Made by a program: the position numbers and the translations under genes | The notes under the pieces: model-generated | Database searches by the model: none | What the model saw: the letters and a program-made list of their open reading frames with translations, nothing else | What the model was told of the DNA's origin: nothing | Shown here: in pieces, positions 12,651 to 26,544 of the stretch | Numbering within the stretch: the stretch's first letter is position 1 | Layout: each line of letters opens with the position of its first letter | Assembly: GCA_043228905.1 (NCBI GenBank) | Contig: JBHGNT010000001.1 | Coordinates: forward strand, 16,864,001-16,928,000 | Direction of reading: 5' to 3' | Origin: Azolla caroliniana | Lineage: Eukaryota > Plantae > Polypodiophyta | DNA: 64,000 nt

Positions 12651-14069
12651 ATATCGCAATACTTTTGTTTATAAAACACAAAATTTAACTACTTGTAAGT
12701 AAAAATCATAAATATTGTTGCCCTCACTTACTATATAGGGACATGCACAAAAAAGTTGAATATTCACACTAAAAAAGAAATTCCTAGATAGGCAAGCATT
12801 CACATTTTCCATGTAAGTATACCTTTCAACATTCTAATATATACATTTATTCCATGCCTTTCATTAGACATGAAAGCATTGTACATATTTCAATGATATT
12901 ACAACCCTCAATACCTTAAAATTTGGAATACAGTGTCGAGTAAACATGTGTGCCTATGTTATTTGAGCTAGACCACAGGGGTCTTGGATCAAGGAGGATG
13001 CACAGATTAGGGGGGCAAAATGTAAGGCACTCAAAGACTTGGAAGAGTTGAAGGCTTGTTCGAGTCGAACAATCGTAGGAGCCGAAGGCTCGTAGGAGTC
13101 GAACGTAGATGGCGCGAATGTAGCAATGGAGTTGAACGTTACCAAGGACTTGAGTGTAGATGACGACGTGAAGGTAGAAAAATGATGATTCCATGGTCAC
13201 AATAGAGTAATGCTCGATTAGTAACAAACACCACGTTTTTAGTGCCCAAACGTACTAGTAGACAAAGAGTTTTTGTTACATATGTTGGGTCAACTTTACC
13301 AAATAATGCCATGATTTCGATGGCTTTTACAAGGCAAATAGTAAACCAAAATAGGAAATGAAAGATGACTACAAGTTAAATACTAAGCTAAAAAAATGGA
13401 AAGGAGGCTTGAGGAGGTGGTCGAATTCCGGTGAAGGTGCGAGTAAAGTGGCCATCAAGAACTTGCCTACATTCAATGGCAACGACCAATGGCCTTAGAG
13501 TTGAAGTAGGGTTCTCAGCCACTTCATACTCCCCTTCTATGATTGGTGTGTGAGTTCGCCAAATCCCTTCTTTGAAGCCACCCATGTTTAACAAGCTTGG
13601 TGATGATGGAGACCACAGTGACCACATAAGAAGAAGAGGAGGTAGAGAAGAAGCGAAGGAAATGATTTACCTTCTCGCGAAAATCTCAAGTCGAGCTCCA
13701 AATACCAAAATGCAAAACCTTAAAAGAAAGAAAGAAAGATGTTGAAGAAGAAAGTCAATGATAGACGAAGTGCCAAAATCCCCAAAGAAAAATTGAAGAA
13801 GAAAATTTTTTGAGAGAGCAAAATCAGCCCCCTTTCATATTAAATGTAAATATTCCTATTTTTCTTTGGAAAAGACAAAGGAGTACATTGCCATTAATTC
13901 ATACAATGTTGACCTCTACACCCATTAATTCATACAAGGCTCTAACCTCTAATCCATTGACTCTTAATTATTATTTTTATATTCTCATAAATACATAATA
14001 TGTACAAAATGTGGCCCCATTGCTTTCACTTTTTCTTACGTTTTCCACCTTTAGGCTCACCACATCACG

Positions 14070-14421
14070 ATAGCTAAGCCAAAGAACAAGGGCCAATTTG
14101 ACAAGACGCAATGACTACGTCCCAAGAATATCAGAGAAGGTAACTGAGTGATTGTGTACGACATCAACCTCGTCAATCAACGTAGCTCAATACAATGTTC
14201 GCGAAGTGGTGGCTTGGCCCATATGTGGTGACAAGCGCAAATAACACTACCTACCACCTCGTCGAGCTCAACAGAACAAGGATAGCAGTACCCAGAATTG
14301 GTAAAAGAGTCTAGGCTTCATGATACGAAATGAAAATGAGCCGAACCTAGATGGCCTCGAAGAAGAAGAAGAACACAAAGATGAGCAAGCTACAAGTCAG
14401 AAGGACAACAAAGATCCCTAG
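14070..14421 (+). pseudogene. Decayed Gypsy integrase C-terminus, homologous to 1-400
   Basis: Sequence parallels 1-400 (MFAKWWLGPYVV...TYHLVELN). It is followed by a possible LTR at ~14564-15611 with uncertain boundaries. Confidence 0.6.
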
Positions 14422-17400
14422 TGCCAAATCCAAGTCTTCAAGCTTTCTCTTGAGTTGTCTTATCCTTTTTGCCAAACCCACCTAAATGGGTATCTCTATA
14501 TAAACTATAAATTAATGAGGACAGACTAGTTTGGATCCTCTCTATGTGAATTTCACAATATTAGTGTGGTGCTAGGTAACGTCAGTTGACGTCACCTTCA
14601 CAGTTGGCGGTGGAGGCGGTGACTGTAATGGAGAGCAATGGCTGATAACAGGTGACCACAAACGTTGAAGGGCAACAATAGGCAGCAAGGCAGATGAGGA
14701 GGCAAGAGTCGAACCGTCAACTCAGAGTTGAAGGCTCAACGGAGGGAGGATTTGAAGGCTCAATAGTCAAAGGGGTGTTACCAAAATTGTGTTCCACCCT
14801 TCTCCTCGAAAATTTATGGGTAGATGCAATTCCTCGTTTGGTGGTTGGAATTGAGATCCCAAAAATCCATCACGATCCTTGAAACTTCTGATGCAATCCT
14901 CATGGCAAAGTCTTCTTACCAAATATGCGAAATATATATTATATTAAATTTTGTAAGAAATAGTAAGTTAAGTACATCGAGAAAATTCTAGGCTCCATTA
15001 CATGGACTAAATAAGAGACAAAACAAGCATAAGACGAAGATAGGAGTAAATAGAGAGGACAAGATCATGAGTGAAGCCTGAGAGGGATATCCTCGAGTTT
15101 TGGTAAGAGGTCTCAACGAATGACGGCCTTTTGTCGTCGTTCATCTCGCAAGCCCTCTTTATTCGCAACCCTAGCTCTCTCTCTTGAAATCCATAGTGCT
15201 TCCACCTCATCTCTCCTTTCCCCCCTTAACAATGAGATATTTTCACATTTTTATAGGATTCGAGAGGCTCTCTCCCAAATAAAAAGGGTGGGTGCTTTTT
15301 TACTTTAGCATGCACCACATTTTTTTCTCCGCTTGCATCCTATACTTTTTCTTTAACACCTAATGCCAGCAAAAAGCTAATTATAATGTCCACCATTCCA
15401 TTCATTTATCCGCTTAGTCTCCTATGGTCCAAGTAAGATTCAAACCTTTAACTTCCCACTCATAACACAAGCTCTTACAAAGAAATGTAAGCCTTTTTAT
15501 TATACTTAACTCCAACTCATATGTTTTTCTTATCACACCCTTGTTCTAGCATTCAACTTTTAATATATATCAACCCTAACTCAATTTCTTCTATAGTCTT
15601 CCCACATCACAACAGCGTGATAGTCAAGGATGGGACGTGAGATTGACATTATTCAATGCTCAACATATAAGGTAATTCACAAGAAGTATGAGACTTGTTA
15701 GTTGGGCATGATAATTTATGTGCCTTAGTCAAATTTCCACCAAGAAGGGTGAGCACATACGTGTGTGCATTATTTTGTTTTTACTACATAGTAGCAACGT
15801 CCCATCCTAGGAAGGAGTCACGTCCAAGATGGTACGTTTATTTGGTTAGATATTTCCCATCTACATTGGCATGTCATGTCCGATGAAAAATCCATTGTGC
15901 TCTATTGTACCAAACCTTTCATTTTCCATTTTGGTCATTACATCCTACCTTTAATTTCTCACAATTTTTTATTGTGAGTACTCTTCATTTTGTGCCTTCA
16001 CATGCATAGAGAGATGCCAATTGCAAATGAACCAACTTGACCGCAGAAGTCAACTTGCTTGTGTTTTTGAACATAAACTACACTCGTGTGTTGCTTCTGT
16101 ATACCTGACATAGACTTACCTATAGATCAAAGGGAGTTTTTACACTTTCATCAATGTCGTTAGCCTTGGGTTCGGACCAATGTATTCCCTCTTGGTGGGA
16201 AACCGAGCAGGAATGAACGTCACACACTCCAAAGCTACTAACTAACTTAGCTTAGGATTAACACTAATCGCTCTCTCTTTCTCTCTTGCTTTACACACTC
16301 TCTCTCTCTCTCGTAATGATAGACAAGGTGAAAGCAAAGAAAGTACTTTATTAATAATAACTCTTCTTGATACAAAAGAGGTTTGACAACATACAAGAGA
16401 TAAAGATTAGGGTTTGGCTCCATTAGTGATAGAAAAGGAGCTTAATGCACTAATAGGAAGAGATCTATCGAGAATGAAGAATAGTTGTAAAAGCCACCAA
16501 AATGTTGCGTTTATTGCCTTTTTACAAAGTAAGTGGCTCTCTTTCAAACTAGATTGCCCATATGGCTACATTGATCCTTCTTTGGTTTGTTCTATCCCCC
16601 TTTTCCCATGGTTTGTTGAGCTTGGTGTCTTTGTTGGTGTTGTGATCTTCACAAGCAGTTTGCCGAGTGCTAGATACTTAACAACTTGCTTTCATAGAGG
16701 TAATATATTTCCAACATTGGTTCAATTTAATAAGGTTAGAACAACCTAGTTGAAGGTATGAAAGAGAGAGAATCCATATTGGTATTGCATCCATTCTTAT
16801 TTTCTTGTGAAGATTGATATCTTCATTTAATCCTTCTTTGTGAATATCCACATATGAGCCTTTGCTCACCCTTTTCTAAGCGTTTGAGACCAAACGAAGT
16901 ATTCAGACATTGACAATATGTTGCAGTTTGTACCAAACAGGGAAATGTTAGTGTTTCTAAGCAAAACTCTCTTACCATTTTCTTTCCTTTGATTTCACAT
17001 GGCCAAACTTATTACATGAATAACATGGTCTAGCAAATTTGGTCAGTCTCACTCCAATAGTTGGATCATCCGAGTTGATTGCGATATTTGCAAAATAAGA
17101 ACACCCAAGCTCCAAAGAATGAAAAATTTGTTAGAAGTGCTTGTAGCTATTCTAGATTGAATTATACATAGCAAATGATTCCTATTTAATGATTCCTATT
17201 TCATGGATTGTCAAGTACTTCCATCTTCATTGGACATTCGTGACAAATGAATCTCATTTTAGAGACTAAGACCATGGAAGTGCATGAACCAATAACCCCT
17301 CTTAAGTTCATGTAGATTCTTCTAATATGCCTTGTACTTTAAGTCTATGCTTCACAAAAGGTCTTAGCAAGAAAGCAAATTCTATGATTCCTTGACTTTT

Positions 17401-18273
17401 GACACAGAATATATCTATTGCCATGCATCATTAGCAAGACACATGTTTCTAAGAAAAAGGAAAGAGAATAACATCATTTGATAAGTTATAGGGTCATCAC
17501 AAGGACATGAGGTAACACTAGCTTTGACCTACCCTATGCGTGCATACAAACAACACATGTATTTGTTTGTGAGCTGTAATTTCAAGACTATCTCGGTTCA
17601 TGCTAGGTAGGTGCAACCTTCTACTTTATTCTGATGTCACAACCTTGTTCCAAACCTGAATTCATTCATGAGTGCACATCACAAAAGCCCATCCCTTTTA
17701 TCATCAGACAAGTAGACAAAAACTACACGCAAATACCTTCTTTTATATCATTGTCTCCCAAACTTGTGTTAACTATTATCAGGACGCATCTCCAAACGGC
17801 ACCACATACATGCACATCTACCTCATTCCTATCACAGATATGACTTCGTTAACAGTTAGTACGCATTACAATCTACAGGCAGGTTTCCTGTAGAAATAAC
17901 AATGAAAGACCCTATCCCATTCCATCTCATGGGTGGATGATGTTAGAAACAGCACTAACAAACTCCTCACATGTTTTTAAATTTGTATATGATTAGGTTG
18001 GCCATTAATGACGACCACTTTCATCATTAAATTTGCATGTGGTTAGTTTGGCAATTGACGGACAGACAATTCTACTCATTCGTGACCACAAAAGACTAGA
18101 CAAATACATAAAAAATGATTTGACTAAAGGTTGGATGGTTCCATGGATCCATCCCTTCATGTCAAGAGAGAACAAATAGAGAGAGAGGGATCTTTCTCTT
18201 CATCAACAGTACATTACACATTACATATGTCTCATTAATCTAAAAAAACAGAACACATGTTATTCAAAACAAG

Positions 18274-18303
18274 AGAAGAAGAAGAAGAAGAAGAAGAAGA
18301 AGA
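18274..18303. repeat. (GAA)n microsatellite downstream of the AKR gene
   Basis: About 10 tandem GAA units read directly. Confidence 0.9.
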
Positions 18304-18626
18304 GGCCAGTAGTACTATGTTAATGATAAAGCCAGACTAGGCTGATACCTGTCCACTCCAAAGAGAGCTAAAGTAACAAAACAAAGAAAAATAAAGGCTT
18401 ACTACATCTTCAGATTTGGTTTTTGTTTATGACGATAAACGAACATAGCATTTGCACATTAAGGGGACAGCGGAAAGGGAAATCAAAAATCATAATTACT
18501 AATTAACTAACCAACCAGTTTGTTTATAGAGAGAGACTACTACTCTATTAACACACATCCAAAACCATCATAATAATTAAATGATTTATGCATTGTCCAT
18601 GTTAAGACTTCTGTCCTTAACTAGAT

Positions 18627-19913
18627 CTACGAAGTGCGAGGATTGGCTGGATGCCTAATAAGAACCGCATTCTCTTCCACGTGCATGACTTGGCGCATAC
18701 CAATCAGCGAAGTGACTATGCCTGGGGTCGTTCTCACGAATTGAGCAGCCGCTTGTGCATCTGTCCGTTGCTCTCCGAGGTCTGCGCTAACCTTCCGGAC
18801 ATCAGGATCAAGATTCTTGCAAAGATTCCCTTGATTCAAAGTCGCTGAAGTCATCACCGAAAGTCCTAATTGATGGGCAGCATGAAGTAAAGGCATTCTT
18901 CTTCCCCTCACAGGTTGTGAGGGCTCTTTCGCCGCTTGTTGTAACCTTGAGTTATATGGTGCTTGCACTATCTTGAAATGATGGTCTTCTCCAGCTATGT
19001 CTTTAGCATATGACAGTATCTCTTCTAAGGGTAAATGTTGCTTATTGCTTGCATTTACACGGAATCCATTCCATGTAGCAATGCCATACATGGCAATCTT
19101 GCCTTCTGCACAACACTCTTCCATCGCGCCAATCGCTGCCTTGATCCTTGGAAGCAAGGTGGAGCGTGAAACTTGGCTAAGTTGTGTCTCAGGGTTATGA
19201 ATGAAGTAAATATCAATTGTTTCAAGACCCATATTTCTCCTCGAAAGTTCGACTTGGTTCTTCAAATACGCAGGTGACAAGCAATGACAACCGCCCACAA
19301 ACTCATCCCGTGTAAATAGATTTGTCTTGATGTAAGTATCATCAATATAAGTATAAGGATCTATGCTCTCTCGGTAATCAAATGCGAGAAAACCTGCCTT
19401 GGAGCAAATGACAACTTCATTTCTATTAACAATACCTTGTTTGATGGCCATGGCAAGGGTATGACCAATAAGGAGTTCACTTCTCATGGTGCGATAATTC
19501 GCAGCGCAATCAATGACATTGATGCCGAGGGTGAGGCTGCGAGTGAGAGATTCCATGTATTCTCGGTCAACAGAATCATTGTCTGGGCCGAGGTATGTAC
19601 CAATACCAATGGAAGAGACAATGAGATCACCAATTTTGCCTCCCGCCCGTAAGACACGGAAATGTCCGGCCGCTGCTCCTGACCCGATTTTCTTTGCGTA
19701 GTTGGCCGTGCCCGCAGCATCTGCGTGCCCAGGTATGTAGCTACTTGGCGATGTATTATATGCTGGCATGGAGGAAAGAGGCCTTGCGCTTGTAGAAAAC
19801 CCTAGCCATGAGTTTGACGGTAACCCTAATTCTCTGCCCCTTTGCAGAAAGCTACCTCTTGCTGAGGAGAGCTTGAGGGAAGATCTAGCTCGTCCAAACA
19901 GATGATGGGCCAT
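18627..19913 (-). CDS. Aldo/keto reductase (prokaryote-type subfamily) with predicted organellar transit peptide; single exon, 428 aa
   Basis: AKR motifs SSIGIGTYLG, catalytic D/Y in VIDCAANY, K in ICSKAG, H in YFIHNPE, plus GIATW, QAPYN and LIGM...HVEEN. Ser/Arg-rich, acid-poor N-terminal ~50 aa. Uninterrupted ORF with CT-rich leader repeats upstream. Confidence 0.9.
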   Translation of the reverse strand: MAHHLFGRARSSLKLSSARGSFLQRGRELGLPSNSWLGFSTSARPLSSMPAYNTSPSSYIPGHADAAGTANYAKKIGSGAAAGHFRVLRAGGKIGDLIVSSIGIGTYLGPDNDSVDREYMESLTRSLTLGINVIDCAANYRTMRSELLIGHTLAMAIKQGIVNRNEVVICSKAGFLAFDYRESIDPYTYIDDTYIKTNLFTRDEFVGGCHCLSPAYLKNQVELSRRNMGLETIDIYFIHNPETQLSQVSRSTLLPRIKAAIGAMEECCAEGKIAMYGIATWNGFRVNASNKQHLPLEEILSYAKDIAGEDHHFKIVQAPYNSRLQQAAKEPSQPVRGRRMPLLHAAHQLGLSVMTSATLNQGNLCKNLDPDVRKVSADLGEQRTDAQAAAQFVRTTPGIVTSLIGMRQVMHVEENAVLIRHPANPRTS

Positions 19914-20136
19914 CGCTCGCTCCGTCAGAGTTAGAGCTTTAGAACAGGCGCAGAGACAGAGAAGAGATAGACAGAAACCCTAACAGAGAGTAGGAGAGAC
20001 AATCAACAAAACCCCCCTCTCTGATCTAACTTTATTTAATAAGTAGTAGAAGAAAGAAGAAAGAAGAAAGAAGAAGAAGAAGAAGAAAACAAAACAAAAC
20101 AAAACCCCTCCTCCCCCAAAACCCTTCCCTTCACCT

Positions 20137-20291
20137 TATATGTATGTATGTATGTACATATTTCTTCTTTCTCCATTGGGACGGACACACACACTCACAC
20201 ACATGTTGTTCATACATACATGTATGTACATATGTATGTATGTACATACATGTTGGTTCAATCATGTATGTATGTATGTACATATGTACAT
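20137..20291. repeat. (TATG)/(CATA) low-complexity, self-complementary tract upstream of AKR
   Basis: Interspersed TATG and CATA units read directly. Confidence 0.8.
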
Positions 20292-20682
20292 AATCCCTTT
20301 CTTTGGTTCCCAACCTTCGTGAATTGGGATCAAGGACATGGATGGGATGGGGTAGGTACATACATGGATCGGATGGAGTTCCCTTTTCACCTCACACCAA
20401 CTTTTAGATTTGAGTCTTATTCAACAAACAACAACGTTTGGGGGTAACGCTCCTACTTTGGCGATTGACACGAGTCTTACCCATTCGTTCCTAATCTTAT
20501 GCAACCAATAAATAGGTTATTCTCTCGCCCCCTAAGGTATTTACCTTCTCCAACATACCACCATGATTGTCTAGTCTCTATATCACAAAATACCTACAAT
20601 CATCTCTTTACGACTTGAAATATTCATATGATCAATAGTCAAGTGTATTCTCTTTGTATTATATTCGAACTATACATGTAAT

Positions 20683-21110
20683 TAACAATCAGCAATGGTC
20701 TGGTTCGGTTTGAGAGTGTCGAAACCGAACCGTTTAAAATTTTTGAAACTTGAACCGAACCGAACTGAACCGTTAAACCGAATTGTTAAAAAAATTCAAA
20801 CCATTAAAACCGCAATTTCGTGGTTCGGTTTCAGTTTTTAACTTAGGTCAAAATTCAATTTTTAAATTTTTAAATTTTCAAAATTTTAAAGATTTTCCTA
20901 AAATGTGAGAATAAAGCTTGGAAATGAAAAGATTGCTTTAAAATTTATTTATTTAAAAATTATTTTTCTTAAATTAAAAAATAAAAAAATAAAACCATTA
21001 AACCGTGGTTTCTAGCTTCTGAAACCGAACCATTTAAACCCTTAGGCCGTTAAGCCACGGTTTCGCATTTTGGTTCGGTTCGGTTCAAACCGAACCGCTA
21101 CCGACTGTTA
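20683..21110. mobile_element. hAT-type MITE
   Basis: 8-bp TSD CATGTAAT (20675-20682 and 21111-21118). Imperfect TIRs TAACAATCAGCAATGG / TAACAGTCGGTAGCGG. Subterminal AACCG/CGGTT repeats and an AT-rich core. Confidence 0.85.
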
Positions 21111-21599
21111 CATGTAATATTATTGCTCTATAACTTAAATAATTCAACATGACACTCGCTAACCTTCCCAAGCCCTAGGTTTATTCCTAGGCTAAGAAAT
21201 CCATCCCCACCATCTTAGAGGCTCCCTCACTTTTTATTTGTGAAGAAGTGCCCAATACCCCTTAGGTCTTATTGGCTAGTACCAACTACTATTTCTTTCA
21301 TTTGTCGCCATTTGCCTTTTGGAATGGGAGTAGCCACTAGCTTCACATTTCCATCCATTGTTTTATATTTCATATTGACTTCAAACTCATCTATTGCAAC
21401 ACTGTGTATTTTATACGGGGCATTCAAAATCCCCATTTTCTTCTTTTTGAAGGTTGATGCTACAACCTGTTATTGACCCCTCAATTGAGCACACCCATAG
21501 AACGAGCCTTTCTTCTCATACATTGGGCTCTCCTTTGCCACTTGGTTTAGAGTTAAAAACCAAGCTATAAGTAAGATATAAAAATACATACAAATACAC

Positions 21600-24500
21600 A
21601 CATAACTACATACATAGACATTCATCATTTTTTTTATCTTTATTTTTGTATTTTCTTATAAAAAGATATCCTGTCATTAGTATAAACAATTTACAAGATT
21701 TTAAAACCTCTATGTGATCGGCGGGGGGAACAACCATTTCCACAACTTCCAATGTGGCCTTATTTCTTCTATCATTGGATTGATGTACCATTTACGATCG
21801 GCATATCCAATGATCCTTATCTTGTGCTCAATAGCATAGGGTAATCTATCACCATTTCCCCCGACTGCGACAATTGGTTTGTTTCATCCACCTCAAACAA
21901 CCAGTATGTCTTATCATCTGAATACCCCTTCATAGCGAAGAGTACTTCCAATCTTGAAAAAACCCCAACCCATCTATGGTTAGCATCATTGGGTGGTATG
22001 GGAAGTCTACTCATAGCTTCCTAAATTTGTTGATACATTATTTGGCCGCCATGCATATTATGTAGGATTTCTTTTTGCTCGTCTAATGAATGCGATACAA
22101 ATTCTTTCCAAGTCTAAACTGTTTTCGCAGGACCTTCTGTCATTTTCCCGCACGATAGCCATTGTCTAGAACCCAACACTGAACCATCTGATGTTGTAAA
22201 CAATGGGTTCCAAACTATCTTTTGTCTGAGATACTCAACATAATGTTTGGGGTTAGGTTTATTATGAAGCAAACCAGATAATACTTGTTTCCATGTTTAA
22301 AATAATGTCCTAATAAATTTGTCTTCCCATCTATTCGCTAAAGGTACTAGAAAATTTTCCTTAAATATCCAATTTACATCCTTCGACCAAGGGGCACCTA
22401 AACAAGGAGAGCAATCTGAACATTGGTCAAGCAATAATACTTTCCATGTCTCTTGCCCCGACGTAAATCCTCTAACAAGCAACTTACTTAACAACTTACT
22501 TAACAATGCTCTTGATTGATCTACTGGATCAATAATACCTAATGCTCCTTTAGAACGAGGTAAGGTAATAACATCCCATTTCACTTTAGATCAAGCATTG
22601 CCTTCCGTTTTACCAGACCACAAGAAATTACGAATTAGTCTACATATTTTCAGAATGCATGACTTGGAGAATATCCAACATGACAGAACATACCATGTTG
22701 AAGCCAATAAAACCTGATTAGAAACTACAATCCGACCAACAAAAGGCAACTTGGCTAAACTCCATAATAATAACATTTTTCCGCAGTGACAATAGGAGGG
22801 GTGCCACTTGATTTTCCATTGAAAGATCAATACCTATCGTACACCCTAGGTACCGAACTGGACAACCTGATGGTATCTATCGAAATTGCGGGTGAGGATT
22901 CCATAGAGGATGCTCTACATCCCCCACCCAAAATGCAAAGGACTTATTCCAATTGACCAGTGCACCGGAAGCCTTACAAAATGTGGATATGGTCAATTCT
23001 GTTTTTTGCAAATTTTCCAAGTCACCTTTTAAGTATAGAGTAGCGTCATCTATAAACTAAGCATCCCTTACTTCTATATATGAGAGTGGGACTCGTAGTC
23101 CCCATATACCAATATCAACAGCATTGAAAAAATAGATCATTGCCTCAACAAAAAACAAAAACAGGAAAGGAGCTAAAGGATAACCCTGGCGAACTGATCG
23201 AGAAATAGAAAACAAAGGTCCATAATTCCCAACCAGTAAGACTTGGCTTTGTGCCGAATTATATGATGAAGAGATACTTGTTATCCATTCTTTCGAGAAA
23301 CCAAAACGAGCCAATACACCTTGTAAAAATTCCCAATCAACACGGTCGTAAGCTTTCTCAAAAGCAAGCATAACAATGACCAAATTTTGATTAGATTTGG
23401 CTGCCAAAGCTGTAGATTCCCAAAACGTATAAACATTAGCCAAAATGCTCCTTTCCCGAATGAATCTTGTTTGTGACAGATGTATAACATTAGGCATTAT
23501 AGTACTAAGTCGTATACTAATTGCTTTAGCTAAAATTTTATACACCATATTTAATAATGTAATTGGGCGCCATTTCTTGATGTCCAGTGAAGGACCTTCT
23601 AATTTAGGGATAAGGTAAATTAGTCATTTTGTAAAATATGGAGGCATATTACCCTCTCGAAGAATTTGTTGGAATGTTGTACATAAATCTGGTTTGAACA
23701 AGTCCCAATATTTAATGAAGAATGTTGGGGTTAAACCATCTATACTTGGACAAAACATTTTAGGCAAAGCTTGGAGTGCTTCACTCAATTCCCCATAAGT
23801 AAGAACATATTGGAGCTTGACATTCATATCTTGTGTTATTGAACTCAATTTATTCCATACACAAGACTGACTTATAAAATCCTCATCAGAGAAGGAAACA
23901 ACTGATAGTAGGTTAGAATAGTATCGTGTGGCTATTTCTTTCATCACTCGAGGGTCAAATGAGATAGTTCCATTCTCATGTTGTAGTTGTTTGAGTGAAA
24001 CCGCATTATGATTTGGTCTCATGGCATGAAAAAATTCAGTTGTGCATTTATCACCCATTTGGGTCCAATTAGCTGCCTTTGTGATGATATTGAAATTTTG
24101 CACGTTTTTCTAATAATATAGCAAGTTCTTGCCTTGCTGACCCAAGTTTCTCAGCAATCCAAGTGCAATGTGGATAACGTTCTTGTAATCGTTGTAGAGA
24201 AACAAGAGACGTTCATGACCGTTTCTCCTTTTCTTGTGGCATAGAAAACCTCTCCTTGGATTTATCCCTGAAAAATTCTGAAATACATCGTAAGCCATTA
24301 GCTACCTTCATAGCCATTTATTCCTGTACAACATCTTTTTGAGACCATAATTCAGCCACTTGTAAGGAAAAGCTATTGTCTAACAACAGATGTTTAGGAA
24401 TCTTCAAATTGGTGAATTCCTTAAAGTTTTGGGTCGAAATTGAGAGGATAACTAGAGCATGATCAGAGAAGATAGTTCTTGGCATTATATGTATTGTACC

Positions 24501-25193
24501 AGTTGCTGAAATAAATTTTCTAGATACGTAGAATCCATCCAATTGAGCTAAATTAGTACCATTTACACGCCCATTTGATCTTGAAAACAAAAGCGAGATG
24601 TTTGTATGAACCATCAAAGGAGTGTGCCAAGCATCTAATATTTGTAAGGAAAACACCCATTGTTTCCACATTGCTAATTCATGGCCATGTATCGTGGTTG
24701 AGCTACCTCCCATTCTATCAATGAGGTCCTCAAGCATGTTGAAATCACCATCGATACACCAATGATCAAGGGGAGGCAGATTATTTAATAATTCTTTCCA
24801 AAATTGTTCCCGTGCAGAGGCAATATTGGGAGCATATATATTCAAGAGTCCCCATGTAATCTCTCCCTCTTGCATAATAACATATTGAGCCCTTCCAGGA
24901 ATGAACACTTGTTTTTGGATAATGTATGGAATCCACCTTTGAGAAATAGCCATACAAACCCCACGACGGACTTCTATGTTGCCTACTATGGGGGACCAAC
25001 ACATGTCCTAGTTTCCAGGTAGAATAGAACCATAACGAGAAATTCCAAAAGTATTTAAATGATGTTCTTGTATTAAAATAAGATTTAGGGATCCACCCAC
25101 TACGCATTTGTTAATCTCTTGATCGAGATGATGTTTGTATTGTCTATATAAGGGCCCCTCTAACCCCTGAACATTCCATGACATCACACGCAT
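21600..25193 (-). mobile_element. L1/Tx1-type LINE ORF2, decayed
   Basis: APE endonuclease (MSWNVQGL, NIYAP, DGDFN, FSDH) and RT (WRPITLLN, AFEKAYDRVDW, VRQGYPLAPFLF), followed by a C-terminal region. Many stops and frameshifts; 3' boundary approximate. Confidence 0.9.
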
Positions 25194-26544
25194 TTAAGGA
25201 AACTTGAGTTGTTGTGATGCCATTTTCATGTTTTTTGCTAATGGCTCCAAATTGGCCTCATTGCCCTCTTGCTCACCTCTTATCGAACATGATAAAGTTA
25301 TCGCATCGCGTACCATTCTATAAATACAAATATATAAAATCCTTTACACATACAAATTGTGGTGTGCATGTGTTCCTTTGTGCCACCTTTTTAGCACACT
25401 CTTTTTAGCACACATGCAGCTAAGCCAACCCAAATGGGTGCCTTTGTATCAACTATAAATTGAGCAAGAAGTAAGAAGCTAAGTAGGTTGGTTTTGATCT
25501 CTTATGTGCATTTCACATATTGGTGGAGATGCGGGGTACTAGTCTCCCACGTCCAAACATCCGCCTCTTCCGCTTTGTAGGTAAGCATCATTCTTGCCAC
25601 CATCAATCAGTTGACCCACACTATCTTGTAGTCTCTAGTAGTAGTATCTCTTCCATTAGCACAACCTTAGTTCTCCAATTAGGCCTCCCGACATCCACCG
25701 TTCCCTCCATCCAAGTCCCTTTTGGCGATCATCAACATCTATACCACTCTCACATGCAAGCCCGTTGCACCATAAGCTTAGGACATCTCACTTTCTCACA
25801 CCACTTTTATGTCTTGCCCCACCAACTCTTCCCCCTCACCTTAGGTTGTGATTGGTTCCTCAAGCGTCGCGCTATAATTGATTTCACGACCCACTAACTT
25901 CTTGTTCCACGAGCTCCCCCAATCCCCTCCTACATGATAGCCCTCATGTCCCCTACCTCAACCAAGTCCACGTGGCCCTCAGTCCATAGGAGCGATTGAT
26001 CTTTCTTCGCCAATTGATCTATCCGCAATTCCCCTCCTACACGATAGCCCTCTTGTCCCCCACCTCAACCAAGTCTAGGTGGCCTTCAGTCCACAAGAGC
26101 GATTGATCTTTTAGACAAATGGCCTCACCGAATGCCTCAATATGACCCTCAATCAAGAGATTGCCGCACGAATCAGCTCTTTTCGAGCAGTCTATGGGCG
26201 TGACCCTCGTCTCCCACCAGAATCGTCCATTGACGTCCATTCCAACCTGGCCAACATGGATAGGGGGCTCTATCTCCAACAAATGTTCCCCCTCCTTGGA
26301 CAGGCCAACTCCCAAAACCTACAAGTCGCATAATAGCACTAGAAGCACTGAGGGATTTGGCTCGTTCATCGTAGTTCGTGCCATCAGATCCACCACGTAC
26401 TTGCTTCGACGCGATTCACCTCCTCCCATGTTGCCCGCATCAAGCCTTATACCACCCCATGCCCAGCTTCTGACCCCCGTTCCTTCCCCATGCCGTAAAC
26501 CTCCTTGTTTCTCTTACCAATATGTGAAATGCACATAAGACATC

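Noticed and set aside
12650-14060. Possible gene or DNA transposon remnant
   Set aside because: Only short ORFs without recognisable motifs, termini or TSD; cannot be supported by eye.
16100-17700. Possible old LTR/PBS and retroelement remnant
   Set aside because: A TGGTCCGAACC PBS-like string (minus strand) and CT-rich LTR-like sequence are present, but no partner LTR, TSD or protein motif could be confirmed.
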